A stretch of 64,000 bases of DNA from an uncultured Flavobacteriaceae bacterium (GTDB taxonomy: Bacteria; Bacteroidota; Bacteroidia; Flavobacteriales; Flavobacteriaceae). A program made the translations under genes and the position numbers. Shown piece by piece: positions 8,416 to 18,701 of this stretch. Within the stretch, counting starts at the first letter, position 1. Each line of letters opens with the position of its first letter. The notes beneath the pieces were generated by a model. The model ran no database searches and was not told the origin of the DNA. It saw only the letters and a program-made list of their open reading frames with translations. Location: the NCBI GenBank assembly GCA_938020445.1, contig CALIIC010000027.1, positions 123 to 64,122 of the forward strand. The letters run 5' to 3'.

Positions 8416-9066
8416 TTGAATTTAGTAGAAAACCTAGAATATAACACGGAACGTCCTCAGTTGATTATTCCGGAATACGGACGACATTTTCAAAAAATGG
8501 TCGACCATGCAGTATCAATTGCCGATGATGAGGAGCGAAACAAAGTAGCAAAGTCTATTGTTAGCGTCATGGGGAATTTACAACCTCATTTACGGGATGT
8601 ACCCGATTTTCAACACAAGTTATGGGATCAGCTATTTATCATGTCCGATTTTAAGTTGGATGTAAAATCTCCCTTTCCCATCACGAGCAAAGAGGTGCTT
8701 CAAAAACGCCCCGAACCACTGGCATATCCTCAGAACCATCCAAAATACAGGTTTTATGGAAACAATATAAAACGGATGATCGATGTGGCGGTCCAATGGG
8801 AAAAAGGGGACATGCGCGATGGCTTGGAATATGCCATAGCCAACCACATGAAAAAATGCTACTTGAATTGGAATAAGGATATGGTCGACGATTCGGCCAT
8901 TTTTGATCATTTATTTGAACTTAGCGATGGTCAAATCGATTTAAAAGGAGAGAGTTTGACCGATAGCGGGCAATTTCTGAAAAATAGAATTGCGAAAACT
9001 CCTCGCCACAACTCCAACAAAAAAGGACAACGAAACAATAACAATCGCGGTAAAAAGCGATACTAA
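8416..9066 (+). CDS. DUF4290 family protein
   Basis: LEYNTERPQLIIPEYGRH; conserved upstream of murA in Bacteroidota. Confidence 0.85.
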   Translation: MNLVENLEYNTERPQLIIPEYGRHFQKMVDHAVSIADDEERNKVAKSIVSVMGNLQPHLRDVPDFQHKLWDQLFIMSDFKLDVKSPFPITSKEVLQKRPEPLAYPQNHPKYRFYGNNIKRMIDVAVQWEKGDMRDGLEYAIANHMKKCYLNWNKDMVDDSAIFDHLFELSDGQIDLKGESLTDSGQFLKNRIAKTPRHNSNKKGQRNNNNRGKKRY

Positions 9067-9080
9067 TCATTCAATAATAA

Positions 9081-10388
9081 ATGGGAACATTTAAAATTGA
9101 AGGTGGGCACCGTCTCGCCGGCGAAATCACGCCTCAAGGTGCCAAAAACGAGGCCCTTCAAATACTTTGCGCGGTGCTATTGACCGCAGAAGAAGTTGTT
9201 ATCAATAACATACCCGATATTGTCGATGTAAACAAACTAATCTCGCTTTTGGAAGACCTAGGTGTCAAAATCCAGAAGAAAGGAAAAGGTTCCTATGTTT
9301 TCAAAGCCGATGATGTAAATATTGACTACCTACAGTCTGAACAATTTAAGCAAGATGGTAGAGGACTAAGAGGCTCTATCATGTTAGTAGGACCTTTGTT
9401 AGCACGCTTTGGCAAAGGGTACATTCCCAAACCAGGGGGTGATAAAATTGGTCGTCGACGTTTGGATACCCATTTTGAAGGTTTTATCAATTTGGGAGCA
9501 AAGTTCCGTTACAACAAAGAAGAATACTTTTACGGTGTAGAGGCGAAGAAGTTGAAAGGCACCTATATGTTACTCGACGAAGCTTCTGTGACCGGTACTG
9601 CAAATATCGTAATGGCGGCGGTATTGGCAGAGGGCACTACGACCATATACAATGCTGCTTGTGAACCCTATTTACAGCAGCTTTGTAAGATGCTCAACCG
9701 CATGGGGGCTAAGATTGCCGGGGTGGGCTCCAACTTACTGGTTATTGAAGGAGTCACTCAATTGGGTGGTACCGAACACCGCATGTTACCCGATATGATT
9801 GAAATTGGCAGTTGGATCGGCCTAGCGGCCATGACCAAAAGCGAATTGACGATCAAAAATGTAAGCTGGGACGATCTAGGGCAAATACCCAATGTGTTCA
9901 GAAAATTGGGGATTCAACTCGAGCGAAAAGGAGATGATATTTATATTCCCGAACATGCAGACGGGTACGAAATACAAAACTATATAGACGGCTCTATTTT
10001 AACGATTTCCGATGCGCCATGGCCCGGAATGACCCCTGATTTGTTGAGTATTATCCTAGTTGTAGCTACCCAGGCAAAAGGAGAGGTACTCATACATCAA
10101 AAAATGTTCGAGAGCCGATTGTTCTTTGTGGATAAATTGATTGATATGGGGGCAAAGATTATTCTTTGTGATCCACACCGGGCGACGGTCATGGGACACA
10201 ACTTCAATTCGACCCTAAAGGCGACTACCATGGTTTCACCCGATATTCGGGCAGGTGTTTCCCTATTGATCGCCGCGCTATCCGCAAAAGGTACTTCGAC
10301 CATTCATAATATTGAACAAATTGATAGAGGGTACGAAGATATCGACAATCGCTTGCGTGCCATTGGGGCGAAAATTGTACGCCTGTAA
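9081..10388 (+). CDS. murA: UDP-N-acetylglucosamine 1-carboxyvinyltransferase (Asp at the fosfomycin-target Cys position)
   Basis: GAKNEAL, PGGDKIGRR, ASVTGTAN, DIRAG, IDRGYE. Confidence 0.97.
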   Translation: MGTFKIEGGHRLAGEITPQGAKNEALQILCAVLLTAEEVVINNIPDIVDVNKLISLLEDLGVKIQKKGKGSYVFKADDVNIDYLQSEQFKQDGRGLRGSIMLVGPLLARFGKGYIPKPGGDKIGRRRLDTHFEGFINLGAKFRYNKEEYFYGVEAKKLKGTYMLLDEASVTGTANIVMAAVLAEGTTTIYNAACEPYLQQLCKMLNRMGAKIAGVGSNLLVIEGVTQLGGTEHRMLPDMIEIGSWIGLAAMTKSELTIKNVSWDDLGQIPNVFRKLGIQLERKGDDIYIPEHADGYEIQNYIDGSILTISDAPWPGMTPDLLSIILVVATQAKGEVLIHQKMFESRLFFVDKLIDMGAKIILCDPHRATVMGHNFNSTLKATTMVSPDIRAGVSLLIAALSAKGTSTIHNIEQIDRGYEDIDNRLRAIGAKIVRL

Positions 10389-10463
10389 AATAAGGATGAA
10401 TTATAACAATTCCTTGACATTTTACGACTTGTCTTCAGTGTTTTAAAGATGTATTTTTAACTG

Positions 10464-11852
10464 ATGGAAGTAACTCCGGAAGTTTTAAGAAACGTCTCTG
10501 CAATTTCAGAAGTTCCAGAAGACCAACTACAATGGTTAATAGACCAAAGCACCCTTCGTACCATACCTGCAGGGAGCTTTGTTTTTTCTCGTGGGGATAC
10601 CATTGACCAGTTGTTCGTGCTGCTAGAAGGTACCTATGAAATTAAAGTAGAACGCAACGGACATTACAAACAGATAGCCATCATTCGCAAAAATGAAATA
10701 TCTGGTGCCCTTCCCTTTTCAAGGGCGACTACTTCGTTGGGCTATGGGGAAGCTATAGAAGATTCCCTGCTGATCACCCTTCCCAAGAGCGCTTTCAAAG
10801 AGATGGCGAGCGAGCATTTTGAACTTACCGAAGCACTTGTGCACGTGATGACCTCTCGCACGCGGGAGTTCGCCAAAAGGAACGTGCAAGAAGAAAAGAT
10901 GATGGCCTTAGGGAAGCTTTCCGCAGGGCTGGCGCATGAGCTGAACAACCCGGCCTCTGCAATGGCGCGAAGTGCAGTAGCGCTGAAAGACCATTTGGGA
11001 CATGTTCCGGAAAAATTTAAAAGAATCATTAGTATCCAGGCCTCTTCGCAAGAAATAGACAGTATCAATGAAATACTTTTTGAAAAGCTTAACCGCCCTG
11101 AACAGAATAATATGGGGCTGCTGGAGCGTACAGAAAAAGAAGACGAGTTAGAAGCATGGTTAGAGGAACATGGGGTTGAAAACGCCTATGTGCTTACCGA
11201 GACCTTTCTTGACTTTTGTATGGATGTAAAACACATAGAAAAAATACATGCAGTCACCAATCCTACCAGCTTTCCGACGGCTATCGAATGGATCGAAAAC
11301 GTGCTTACTACAGAAAAAATGGTAGGTGAAATACAGGAAGCGGCAGAACGTATTTCTGCTTTGGTAAGCTCGGTGAAAAGCTACACCCATATGGACAGTG
11401 CACCTGAACGAAATGCCGTTGATATACGAGTGGGTATTAAAAGCACGCTTACGATGTTAAACCATAAGTTAAAAAGAAAAGGCATCGAGGTAGAGAAATA
11501 CTTTGAAGAAAGCCTGCCCGAACCAAAGATGATGGTCAGTGAAATGAATCAGGTATGGACCAACCTGATCGACAATGCTATCGATGCCATGGATGACAGG
11601 GGCAAACTACTGATCAAAGTGCATCGAGACGGGGCATTTGTGAAAACTGAAATTATTGACAACGGCAAAGGCATTCCAGAAGCAAATCTAAATACAATAT
11701 TCGACCCTTTTTTCACCACGAAGGCAATTGGAGAAGGAACAGGAATGGGTTTGGAAGTGGTGCAACGAATCGTGCAACAACACAAGGGAGAAATCAAAGT
11801 AAGCTCGCGCCCTGGAGAGACGAATTTTACCGTTTGTTTGCCTATTGATTAA
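10464..11852 (+). CDS. Cytoplasmic sensor histidine kinase with N-terminal cNMP-binding domain
   Basis: N-terminal cNMP-fold segment; H-box LAHELNNP; N, G1, F and G2 boxes (NLIDNA, DNGKGI, IFDPFFTTK, GTGMGL); no TM helix. Confidence 0.9.
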   Translation: MEVTPEVLRNVSAISEVPEDQLQWLIDQSTLRTIPAGSFVFSRGDTIDQLFVLLEGTYEIKVERNGHYKQIAIIRKNEISGALPFSRATTSLGYGEAIEDSLLITLPKSAFKEMASEHFELTEALVHVMTSRTREFAKRNVQEEKMMALGKLSAGLAHELNNPASAMARSAVALKDHLGHVPEKFKRIISIQASSQEIDSINEILFEKLNRPEQNNMGLLERTEKEDELEAWLEEHGVENAYVLTETFLDFCMDVKHIEKIHAVTNPTSFPTAIEWIENVLTTEKMVGEIQEAAERISALVSSVKSYTHMDSAPERNAVDIRVGIKSTLTMLNHKLKRKGIEVEKYFEESLPEPKMMVSEMNQVWTNLIDNAIDAMDDRGKLLIKVHRDGAFVKTEIIDNGKGIPEANLNTIFDPFFTTKAIGEGTGMGLEVVQRIVQQHKGEIKVSSRPGETNFTVCLPID

Positions 11853-11890
11853 CCCGTGGGTTACCACATTTTTTTTGAAGAATACAATAG

Positions 11891-13555
11891 ATGAAAAAAC
11901 CAATTATTTTTGCCCTAGATGATGATGCGCAGGTATTGGCTGCGGTCACAAGGGATTTAAAATCAAGATATCAAAAGGAATACAGGATACTGCGTACTGC
12001 TTCGCCAATGGAAGCTTTAGAAGTGTTAGTGGCCCTCAAAAAGAAAGCAGAGGTAATAGCACTGTTTTTGGTAGATCAACGAATGCCAGAAATGTTGGGG
12101 GTAGCGTTCCTAGAAAAAGCAAAGGCATATTACCCCGACGCAAAAAAAGTCTTGTTGACGGCCTATTCAGATACGGATGCTGCGATTAGGGCGATCAACG
12201 AAGTACAGTTAGATTACTACTTGTCAAAGCCATGGAACCCGCCCGAAGAGAAATTATATCCCGTTTTAGATGATTTGTTAGATGTATGGCAGCTCAACTA
12301 TCAACCAGATTTTGATGGCTTAAAAGTGTTGGGGTATCAGTACAATCCCCAAACACATGATATCAAAGATTTTTTGTCAAGTAACCTGTTTCCATTTCAA
12401 TGGTTAGATATAGAAACCAGTGACAAGGCAAAGGAAATAGCCGATCTATATGGACTTACTTCTAAGGATATGCCGGTGGTTTCCTTTCCTGATGGGGAAT
12501 GTATACGCAACCCTAGTATTCCGGAACTAGCTGAACGGCTGGGCTTAAATGTTACGGCGAAAGAAACCTTGTACGACGTAACCATCATCGGGGCAGGCCC
12601 CTCTGGGCTTGCAGCGGCGGTATATGGAGGCTCCGAGGGGTTAAAGACGCTATTGATCGAGAAAAAAGCGCCCGGAGGGCAGGCTGGTACCAGTTCGCGT
12701 ATCGAAAATTATTTGGGTTTCCCAAACGGATTAAGTGGACAAGAGCTTACCCATCGTGCCATCACCCAAGCAAGACGGTTTGGGATTGAATTTTTATCCC
12801 CTAGAGAAGTCGTTTCGGTAGAGACCAAGGATAACTATAAAATTTTAACCTTAGACGACGGTAGTGTTGTTCAAACCAAGAGCATTGTTGTTTCAACAGG
12901 GGTCAATTATAGAAAGTTGCCGGCAGAAGGTATAGAAGACTTTACGGGTGCCGGTATTTATTATGGCTCGTCAATGACCGAGGCACAGGCGTGTAAAGAC
13001 CGGGAGGTCTACATAGTAGGAGGAGGAAATTCGGCCGGGCAATCAGCTGTTTATCTGTCTAATTTTGCCAAGAATGTATATATAGTGGTTCGTAAAGAGA
13101 ACCTAAGCAGCAGTATGTCACAATATTTGATTGACCAAATAGAGGCCATTAAGAATATAACCCTGGTTCCTCATACAACTATTACCAAGGCGATAGGCTC
13201 AAATGAACGATTGTCTGAGCTTGAGTTGACAAATAACAAAACCAACAACACACAGCTCGTAGAAGCGCAAGCCTTATTCATTTTTATCGGTTCCAAACCG
13301 TATACCGATTGGCTTACCTTGGATATCCTAAAGAATGAAAGAGGGTTTTTGGAAACCGGAAGGGATTTGGTCAAATATGACAATTTTAGTAAAATCTGGA
13401 AGCACAACCGGGAGCCGTTTTTACTTGAGACCTGCAGCCCGGGAATATTCGCTTCGGGAGATGTTCGTGCGGGCGCAATGAACCGTGTGGCTTCCGCCGT
13501 AGGGGAGGGTTCCATGGCAATCAAATTTGTACACCAATATTTAGCTGAAATTTAA
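11891..13555 (+). CDS. Response-regulator receiver fused to a thioredoxin-reductase-like FAD/NAD(P)H oxidoreductase
   Basis: REC: LDDD, VDQRMP, LLTAY, SKPW; FAD GAGPSG; NADPH GGGNSAG; C-terminal GDVR...ASAVGEG. Confidence 0.9.
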   Translation: MKKPIIFALDDDAQVLAAVTRDLKSRYQKEYRILRTASPMEALEVLVALKKKAEVIALFLVDQRMPEMLGVAFLEKAKAYYPDAKKVLLTAYSDTDAAIRAINEVQLDYYLSKPWNPPEEKLYPVLDDLLDVWQLNYQPDFDGLKVLGYQYNPQTHDIKDFLSSNLFPFQWLDIETSDKAKEIADLYGLTSKDMPVVSFPDGECIRNPSIPELAERLGLNVTAKETLYDVTIIGAGPSGLAAAVYGGSEGLKTLLIEKKAPGGQAGTSSRIENYLGFPNGLSGQELTHRAITQARRFGIEFLSPREVVSVETKDNYKILTLDDGSVVQTKSIVVSTGVNYRKLPAEGIEDFTGAGIYYGSSMTEAQACKDREVYIVGGGNSAGQSAVYLSNFAKNVYIVVRKENLSSSMSQYLIDQIEAIKNITLVPHTTITKAIGSNERLSELELTNNKTNNTQLVEAQALFIFIGSKPYTDWLTLDILKNERGFLETGRDLVKYDNFSKIWKHNREPFLLETCSPGIFASGDVRAGAMNRVASAVGEGSMAIKFVHQYLAEI

Positions 13556-13556
13556 G

Positions 13557-13838
13557 ATGACGGAAAAAAGAAAAAAATGCGAGCATTTGTTGGCATTTGA
13601 ACCTTCTCAAAAGAAGGTTGCAAATAAGTATGAATGTGAGGAGTGCGTGAAGACCGGTGATTCTTGGGTACACTTGCGTACCTGTCAAGAATGTGGTGTA
13701 ACCCTTTGTTGCGATTCTTCACCGAACAAGCATGCAAGTAAACACGGGAATGGTCACGGACATCCGGTCATTATATCGGCCGAACCGAACGAAAATTGGG
13801 CATGGTGCTATGCCCATCATACTTTTTTAAAGTTTTAA
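13557..13838 (+). CDS. UBP-type zinc finger protein
   Basis: CEEC...HLRTCQECG...CCDSSPNKHASKH...WAWCY. Confidence 0.88.
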   Translation: MTEKRKKCEHLLAFEPSQKKVANKYECEECVKTGDSWVHLRTCQECGVTLCCDSSPNKHASKHGNGHGHPVIISAEPNENWAWCYAHHTFLKF

Positions 13839-13839
13839 T

Positions 13840-14163
13840 ATGGGAAATAGTCGTTGGGAAAACCTTCATTTAATAGATAATAATGAGGGAGAGAAAAAAA
13901 GGTTTGAGCTAAAAATTGAAGATTCAATTGCCTTTATAGATTATATGATTTCCAAAAAAGGGATTATCTATTTGACGCATACCGAAGTACCTACTGCTTT
14001 GGAAGGGGAGGGGGTAGGCAGTGCCCTGGTGGGTAAGGTACTCGATTTTGTGGGTACAACAGATTACAAAATGGCACCGCTTTGTCCTTTTGTAGCTGCC
14101 TATTTAAAAAGACACCCCGAAATGGCCAAAGACCTGCTGGCGCCAGGCTATTCAATAGGTTAG
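13840..14163 (+). CDS. GNAT family N-acetyltransferase (YjdJ-like)
   Basis: HTEVPTALEGEGVGSAL, PLCPFV. Confidence 0.88.
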   Translation: MGNSRWENLHLIDNNEGEKKRFELKIEDSIAFIDYMISKKGIIYLTHTEVPTALEGEGVGSALVGKVLDFVGTTDYKMAPLCPFVAAYLKRHPEMAKDLLAPGYSIG

Positions 14164-14199
14164 TTATTGCTGCCGGAATAGGTAAGAAGCTGCCATATC

Positions 14200-15198
14200 C
14201 TATTTCTCTACAAGGGTACCGTCTGGATATTTGGCAAACCTACCTTTTTCTTTCGCATGCACATTATCGGCATATTGCCATGGCCAACCACCAAATTGAG
14301 TGAGTTGGTACTCCTGCATGGCCTGTTGTATTTCTTCTTCGGTGTTCATCACGAACGGACCATATTTGGCTACCGGCTCTCCCAATGGTTTTCCCTGAAG
14401 TAAAAGTAGATGCGCGGTCTTTGCACCAGCGGTTATCGATACCGTTTCAGAAGCGCTAAGTTCGACTCCGTGATTGGGTCGTATTTCTTTTCCATCAATT
14501 GAAATACGGTCGCCTTCATAAAAATAGAGGGTTCTATTGGTCCCTGCCTGTGCTTTTGGTAGCGTGAACGCGCTATTGGGATCTATATGTATGTTCCAAA
14601 TTGCCACATCGTTCGCTGAGGAACTTGCCCAAGAATCGGGTGCGGGTTCTGGCGCTGGCCTATCTTTATAGTTGCCCGAAATGACTTTTATACGCGTACC
14701 GTTCTCCTCAACTATGGGAATGTTTTCATGCCATAACATTTTAAAATGTGGTGCTACGAATTTACTTTTCTTAGGAAGATTTAGCCATATCTGAAATAGT
14801 TCCAAGGGGTTTTCCGCTTCCGTATTCAACAGGGGGAACATTTCACTGTGTTGTACCCCACTACCAGCGGTCATCCATTGCACATCACCATTCCCAAAAC
14901 GACCTGCGGCGCCCAATGAATCTGAATGATCACAAAAACCTTTGTTAACAATGGTAATAGTTTCAAAACCGCGATGTGGGTGGGAGGGAAAACCAGGTAT
15001 TGTTTGCCCATGGTACATACGCCAACCGTCTTTGATGGTAAAATCGTTGCCCAGATTACGGCCCTCCAAAGAGGCATTGGGCCCCATCTCCCCATTTCCC
15101 TTCGGGTAATGGTCCAAATGGTATACACAGAATAGAAATGGATCTTGGGTCTGCCATGGGAAACCAAGCGGAAATACCGATAAAATAGGAGTGCTCAT
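14200..15198 (-). CDS. Pirin family protein
   Basis: [32 protein letters not shown]. Confidence 0.93.
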   Translation of the reverse strand: MSTPILSVFPLGFPWQTQDPFLFCVYHLDHYPKGNGEMGPNASLEGRNLGNDFTIKDGWRMYHGQTIPGFPSHPHRGFETITIVNKGFCDHSDSLGAAGRFGNGDVQWMTAGSGVQHSEMFPLLNTEAENPLELFQIWLNLPKKSKFVAPHFKMLWHENIPIVEENGTRIKVISGNYKDRPAPEPAPDSWASSSANDVAIWNIHIDPNSAFTLPKAQAGTNRTLYFYEGDRISIDGKEIRPNHGVELSASETVSITAGAKTAHLLLLQGKPLGEPVAKYGPFVMNTEEEIQQAMQEYQLTQFGGWPWQYADNVHAKEKGRFAKYPDGTLVEK

Positions 15199-15665
15199 AT
15201 GATTGTGGTTTGTAATTGTTCTTTGTGTGTTGCCGTGTTGATTTCTATCCAGTTGTTTTCAGGATCTCTTATATAGATTTGCCGTACCCCATCGGCCCTA
15301 TTGGTTACGGAATTTTCTTTTCCGGGCCAATCCGAATAAGGGACTCCCTTGGCCTCTAGATGCGCAATTACCGCGTCTAGATTTTGAGTAGCAAGACAAC
15401 GATGTACACTCTTGCTATGTGATAGGTCTACACTGTCCTTGCCAATAAGATGAAGCTGTGAATTTCCATGCACCTTGAACCAACGAAAACCCTCTGTTGC
15501 CGACGGATGGGGAATTTCTTTCAACTGGAATATGTCAGTATAAAAATCACCTACGGTTTTCAGATCCTTTACAATAAATGAGTAGTGATCGTATTGAAAA
15601 TTAAAAGATTGCGCCTGTCCCAACAAACCTATTACCATACAACAAGATAAAAAGAGGTTTCTCAT
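15195..15665 (-). CDS. VOC/glyoxalase family protein with putative signal peptide (ORF track start 15719)
   Basis: [10 protein letters not shown]...[17 protein letters not shown]. Confidence 0.85.
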   Translation of the reverse strand: MRNLFLSCCMVIGLLGQAQSFNFQYDHYSFIVKDLKTVGDFYTDIFQLKEIPHPSATEGFRWFKVHGNSQLHLIGKDSVDLSHSKSVHRCLATQNLDAVIAHLEAKGVPYSDWPGKENSVTNRADGVRQIYIRDPENNWIEINTATHKEQLQTTII

Positions 15666-15794
15666 TCCAGTTAATTCACAGTTCATCTTCAAATGTAATA
15701 ATAGTATTTCAACGCCCAATTAATAAGCCCCTTATTTCTAAAGCGTTTGACTCAAAAGAAGCTACAGGTGCATTTTTAAGGTGTAAAAAGTAGT

Positions 15795-15810
15795 TTTGTA
15801 TACAAATATA
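15795..15810 (-). promoter_or_regulatory. Palindromic operator TTTGTATACAAA overlapping -7 element TATATTTG of the VOC-pirin operon
   Basis: Perfect 12-bp palindrome 15795-15806; TAnnTTTG at 15810-15803. Confidence 0.5.
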
Positions 15811-15950
15811 CAGATCACAAACAAAGCACTATAAGCCGTAACAAGGCGGGTACATGGTCTGGCATCTACAAGAATGTACAGGTGTACACAGCTGGACCGT
15901 AAGTGATTGGTCAGGATGTATTTTTGAGGTGGAAACTTTAAAACTACACT

Positions 15951-16403
15951 ATGAAGAAAACAGTACTGATAGTAACGATGATATTGATGGCGCTAAACAC
16001 TTCCTGCAAATCCGAGGACGATGGAGCGGTAGTACCCAAAGAAAGTAGTATTGTTGGGAACTACCAAGGGTCTTGGTCCTCAACACTGCCATCCAAAAAA
16101 TATGAGAACTACCCTATTTCAGCTAAGATAACCGCCACCGATGACCCCAATGTATTCAAAGGGGAATTCTTTTTCGCCGTAGGGCTCGTCTCTTGTTGTA
16201 ATAGTGGGGAAAATGATGGCTTGCTTACCTTCGAAATTGATGGTAAAACTGTTCGTAAGTTTCGATATGACGATCGCGTGCGGTCTTGTAGCGGTCTTTT
16301 TGAAGGAACGGGAAGTATTGCCGACGACGGGAAAATTACCATCAATTTTAGCGGTTCAGATTGTGAGGGAGCGCATACCGATGGGCTTTTGATTTTTAGA
16401 TAA
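15951..16403 (+). CDS. Hypothetical lipoprotein
   Basis: Signal peptide with lipobox-like NTSC followed by KSEDD; beta-rich; several Cys. Confidence 0.75.
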   Translation: MKKTVLIVTMILMALNTSCKSEDDGAVVPKESSIVGNYQGSWSSTLPSKKYENYPISAKITATDDPNVFKGEFFFAVGLVSCCNSGENDGLLTFEIDGKTVRKFRYDDRVRSCSGLFEGTGSIADDGKITINFSGSDCEGAHTDGLLIFR

Positions 16404-16422
16404 TGCTGCCGATTACATAAGT

Positions 16423-16456
16423 AAAAGGCGAACGGTTACGACCGCTCGCCTTTTTT
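16423..16456. terminator. Bidirectional intrinsic terminator
   Basis: AAAAGGCGAACGGT-TACG-ACCGCTCGCCTTTTTT between convergent genes. Confidence 0.75.
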
Positions 16457-16471
16457 ATGCTTTGTTTTGAC

Positions 16472-17053
16472 CTATTCTTGAAGCGACTTGACAATTTTGC
16501 AAGGGTTGCCATAGGCTAAAACCGCATCTGGCAAGTCTTTGGCGACCACAGATCCGGCGCCGATCGTAACGTTGTTACCGATACGTATTCCTGGCAGTAT
16601 AACTGTATTTCCTCCAATCCAAACATTGTCTCCAATGTGAACGGACTTGGTAACGGTGCGATAACTGTTCGTTCCGTCATTCCTTTTTTGAATGCGCTCC
16701 GAAGCCTTTAAGGGATGAGTGGCCGTGTAAATTTGAACATACGGCCCAATAAGCCCATCTTGTCCGATAACTATTTTGTTGTTATCAAGAAAAAAACAGT
16801 TGGCGTTCACAAAGGTATTTGCGCCAATAGTTATATGTTCTCCATAATCACAATAAAAAGGAGCTTCAATCCATACACCTTCTCCCTTCTCTTCTAACAA
16901 GGAAGAAAGCAACGCCGATCTTTTCGCATTTTCTGTAGAGGCCAGCAGATTGTATTCCTGAAACAAAGCGCGTGCCCTATGATACATTTGTAATAATTCG
17001 GGATCTCGAGTACTATAGGGCAAACCCGCCAACATTTTTTCTTTTTCGGTCAT
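16472..17053 (-). CDS. Sugar (maltose/galactoside) O-acetyltransferase (ORF track start 17089)
   Basis: MTEKEKMLAG, PFYCDYG, hexapeptide repeats, GNPCK. Confidence 0.92.
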   Translation of the reverse strand: MTEKEKMLAGLPYSTRDPELLQMYHRARALFQEYNLLASTENAKRSALLSSLLEEKGEGVWIEAPFYCDYGEHITIGANTFVNANCFFLDNNKIVIGQDGLIGPYVQIYTATHPLKASERIQKRNDGTNSYRTVTKSVHIGDNVWIGGNTVILPGIRIGNNVTIGAGSVVAKDLPDAVLAYGNPCKIVKSLQE

Positions 17054-17057
17054 AAAA

Positions 17058-18485
17058 CTATTCTCCTTCCACCGGTGGTGGCCCATCAATCATCGCCTTA
17101 TAAACCTCCGTACCTTTTCTTGTTTTAAATTCTTCTTTGACTTTAGCAATCAATTTAGGGTCTTCAAAAAGATCAACAGCGGTCATTCCCAATGCCTTCG
17201 AAGCATAGACCATTCCTTTGTGACCAATAGACATACCGCCACAGGCAACAACTGCCCAGGAATGCCATGGCGTGTCTTTGGGCGCTACGGTAACGCCGAG
17301 ATTAATGTTGGGTACATTCCAGCTTACGTCCCCTACATCCGTAGATCCTCCGCCAGGGTTCTCCTCCGTTTCTTTTAAGGGATGTATTTGACTGTCCATC
17401 CCTACTTGGGGTTTTTCAGTTGCTTTTTGAATGGCTTTTCCAAACGTTGTCTCTTCCTCAGTGTAGCTGATCGGCCCTAATAGCTCTAGGTTTTTTTGCA
17501 TGATCTCTCCTCCCGAACGGTTCACGAGCGTTTCGTAGATACCCGATACCAATCTAATCTTATAGTCTACATTGGCCATAATTGCGGCACCTTCGGCCAT
17601 TTCTTTGACCCGCTCATAGGTTGGCAACATTTTGGAACGCTTTGGGTCTCTAACACGCACCCAAAGTTTGGCATAATCGGGAACAACATTTACGACCTGT
17701 CCTCCGTCTTGTATATGGTAGTGAATTCGGGAGCTTGGCAAAATATGCTCTCGATAGTAGTTGATTCCCGTGGTATATAGTTCCAAAGCGTCAGAGGCAC
17801 TGCGTCCGTTCCAAGGATCTGCGGAAGCATGTGCTGTCTGCCCATAAAATTCTACAATGAAATCGATCAGGGAAAGTCCGGTTTGAACATCTGCTTCGAT
17901 ACTCGAACTAGGGTGCCAGCTTAAATTCACATCTACATCGTCCCATAGGCCGGCCTCGACCATCCATACCTTTGCAAAGTATTTTTCCTCGGCCGGTGTT
18001 CCTAAAAATTTAATGGTTCCTTTTAATTTTCCGGCATCCATTAATTCCTTTATTGCGATGGCCGCTCCCAAACTAGAAGTACCGAACATATTATGCCCGC
18101 AGCCGTGCCCTGCGGCACCCGGCTTTAAAGGTTCTTTTACGGGAGAAGCCTTTTGAGAAATTCCCGGTAAAGCATCAAACTCTCCCAAAATACTAATGAC
18201 CGGTTTCCCGGAACCATAGGTGGCAGTAAACGCCGTAGGGATATTTGCCACACCTCTGGTAACGGTAAGGCCATTTTTTTCGGCATAGGCCGCCAACACC
18301 TCGGATGAGCCCGATTCCTGAAAAGCAGTCTCGGCCAAGCCCCAGATAGAATCGCTTATTTTAATGAGTTCGGCCTTGTGCTTTTCCACAGATGCCAAGA
18401 CGGCTTTTTTGTTTTTGGTCATTTTTTGAGCCGATAATGTCATGCTCAACAGCATTACAAGGCCCAAGAGAATTGTTTTTTTCAT
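17058..18485 (-). CDS. M20 amidohydrolase (AbgB-like), exported
   Basis: EFDALPG, HGCGHN, GTPAEE, GSTDVGDVSW, PWHSW. Confidence 0.9.
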   Translation of the reverse strand: MKKTILLGLVMLLSMTLSAQKMTKNKKAVLASVEKHKAELIKISDSIWGLAETAFQESGSSEVLAAYAEKNGLTVTRGVANIPTAFTATYGSGKPVISILGEFDALPGISQKASPVKEPLKPGAAGHGCGHNMFGTSSLGAAIAIKELMDAGKLKGTIKFLGTPAEEKYFAKVWMVEAGLWDDVDVNLSWHPSSSIEADVQTGLSLIDFIVEFYGQTAHASADPWNGRSASDALELYTTGINYYREHILPSSRIHYHIQDGGQVVNVVPDYAKLWVRVRDPKRSKMLPTYERVKEMAEGAAIMANVDYKIRLVSGIYETLVNRSGGEIMQKNLELLGPISYTEEETTFGKAIQKATEKPQVGMDSQIHPLKETEENPGGGSTDVGDVSWNVPNINLGVTVAPKDTPWHSWAVVACGGMSIGHKGMVYASKALGMTAVDLFEDPKLIAKVKEEFKTRKGTEVYKAMIDGPPPVEGE

Positions 18486-18701
18486 TTCAAAGGGTTTTCA
18501 GGTTGATAAAAGGTCTTTAAAGATACTTCATCTGAATAGATGTGAACAAGAAAATGCGAAAAACATGAAATGTAAATATTTTGATCATAACACAATATAG
18601 TTCACTTACTGTCAGTTATTTACCAAGTGCCCGTCCCAATCGATTCCAGATTTTCGAATGGCGACTGAAAAAGGCAATCTTAAACCCAAAATAATAGTAT
18701 C

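Noticed and set aside
9081-10388. Cys-to-Asp MurA as acquired fosfomycin resistance
   Set aside because: Intrinsic, common Bacteroidota variant in core gene context
15836-15905. Scattered GTACA motifs upstream of the lipoprotein gene
   Set aside because: Irregular spacing; cannot be told from chance without comparative data
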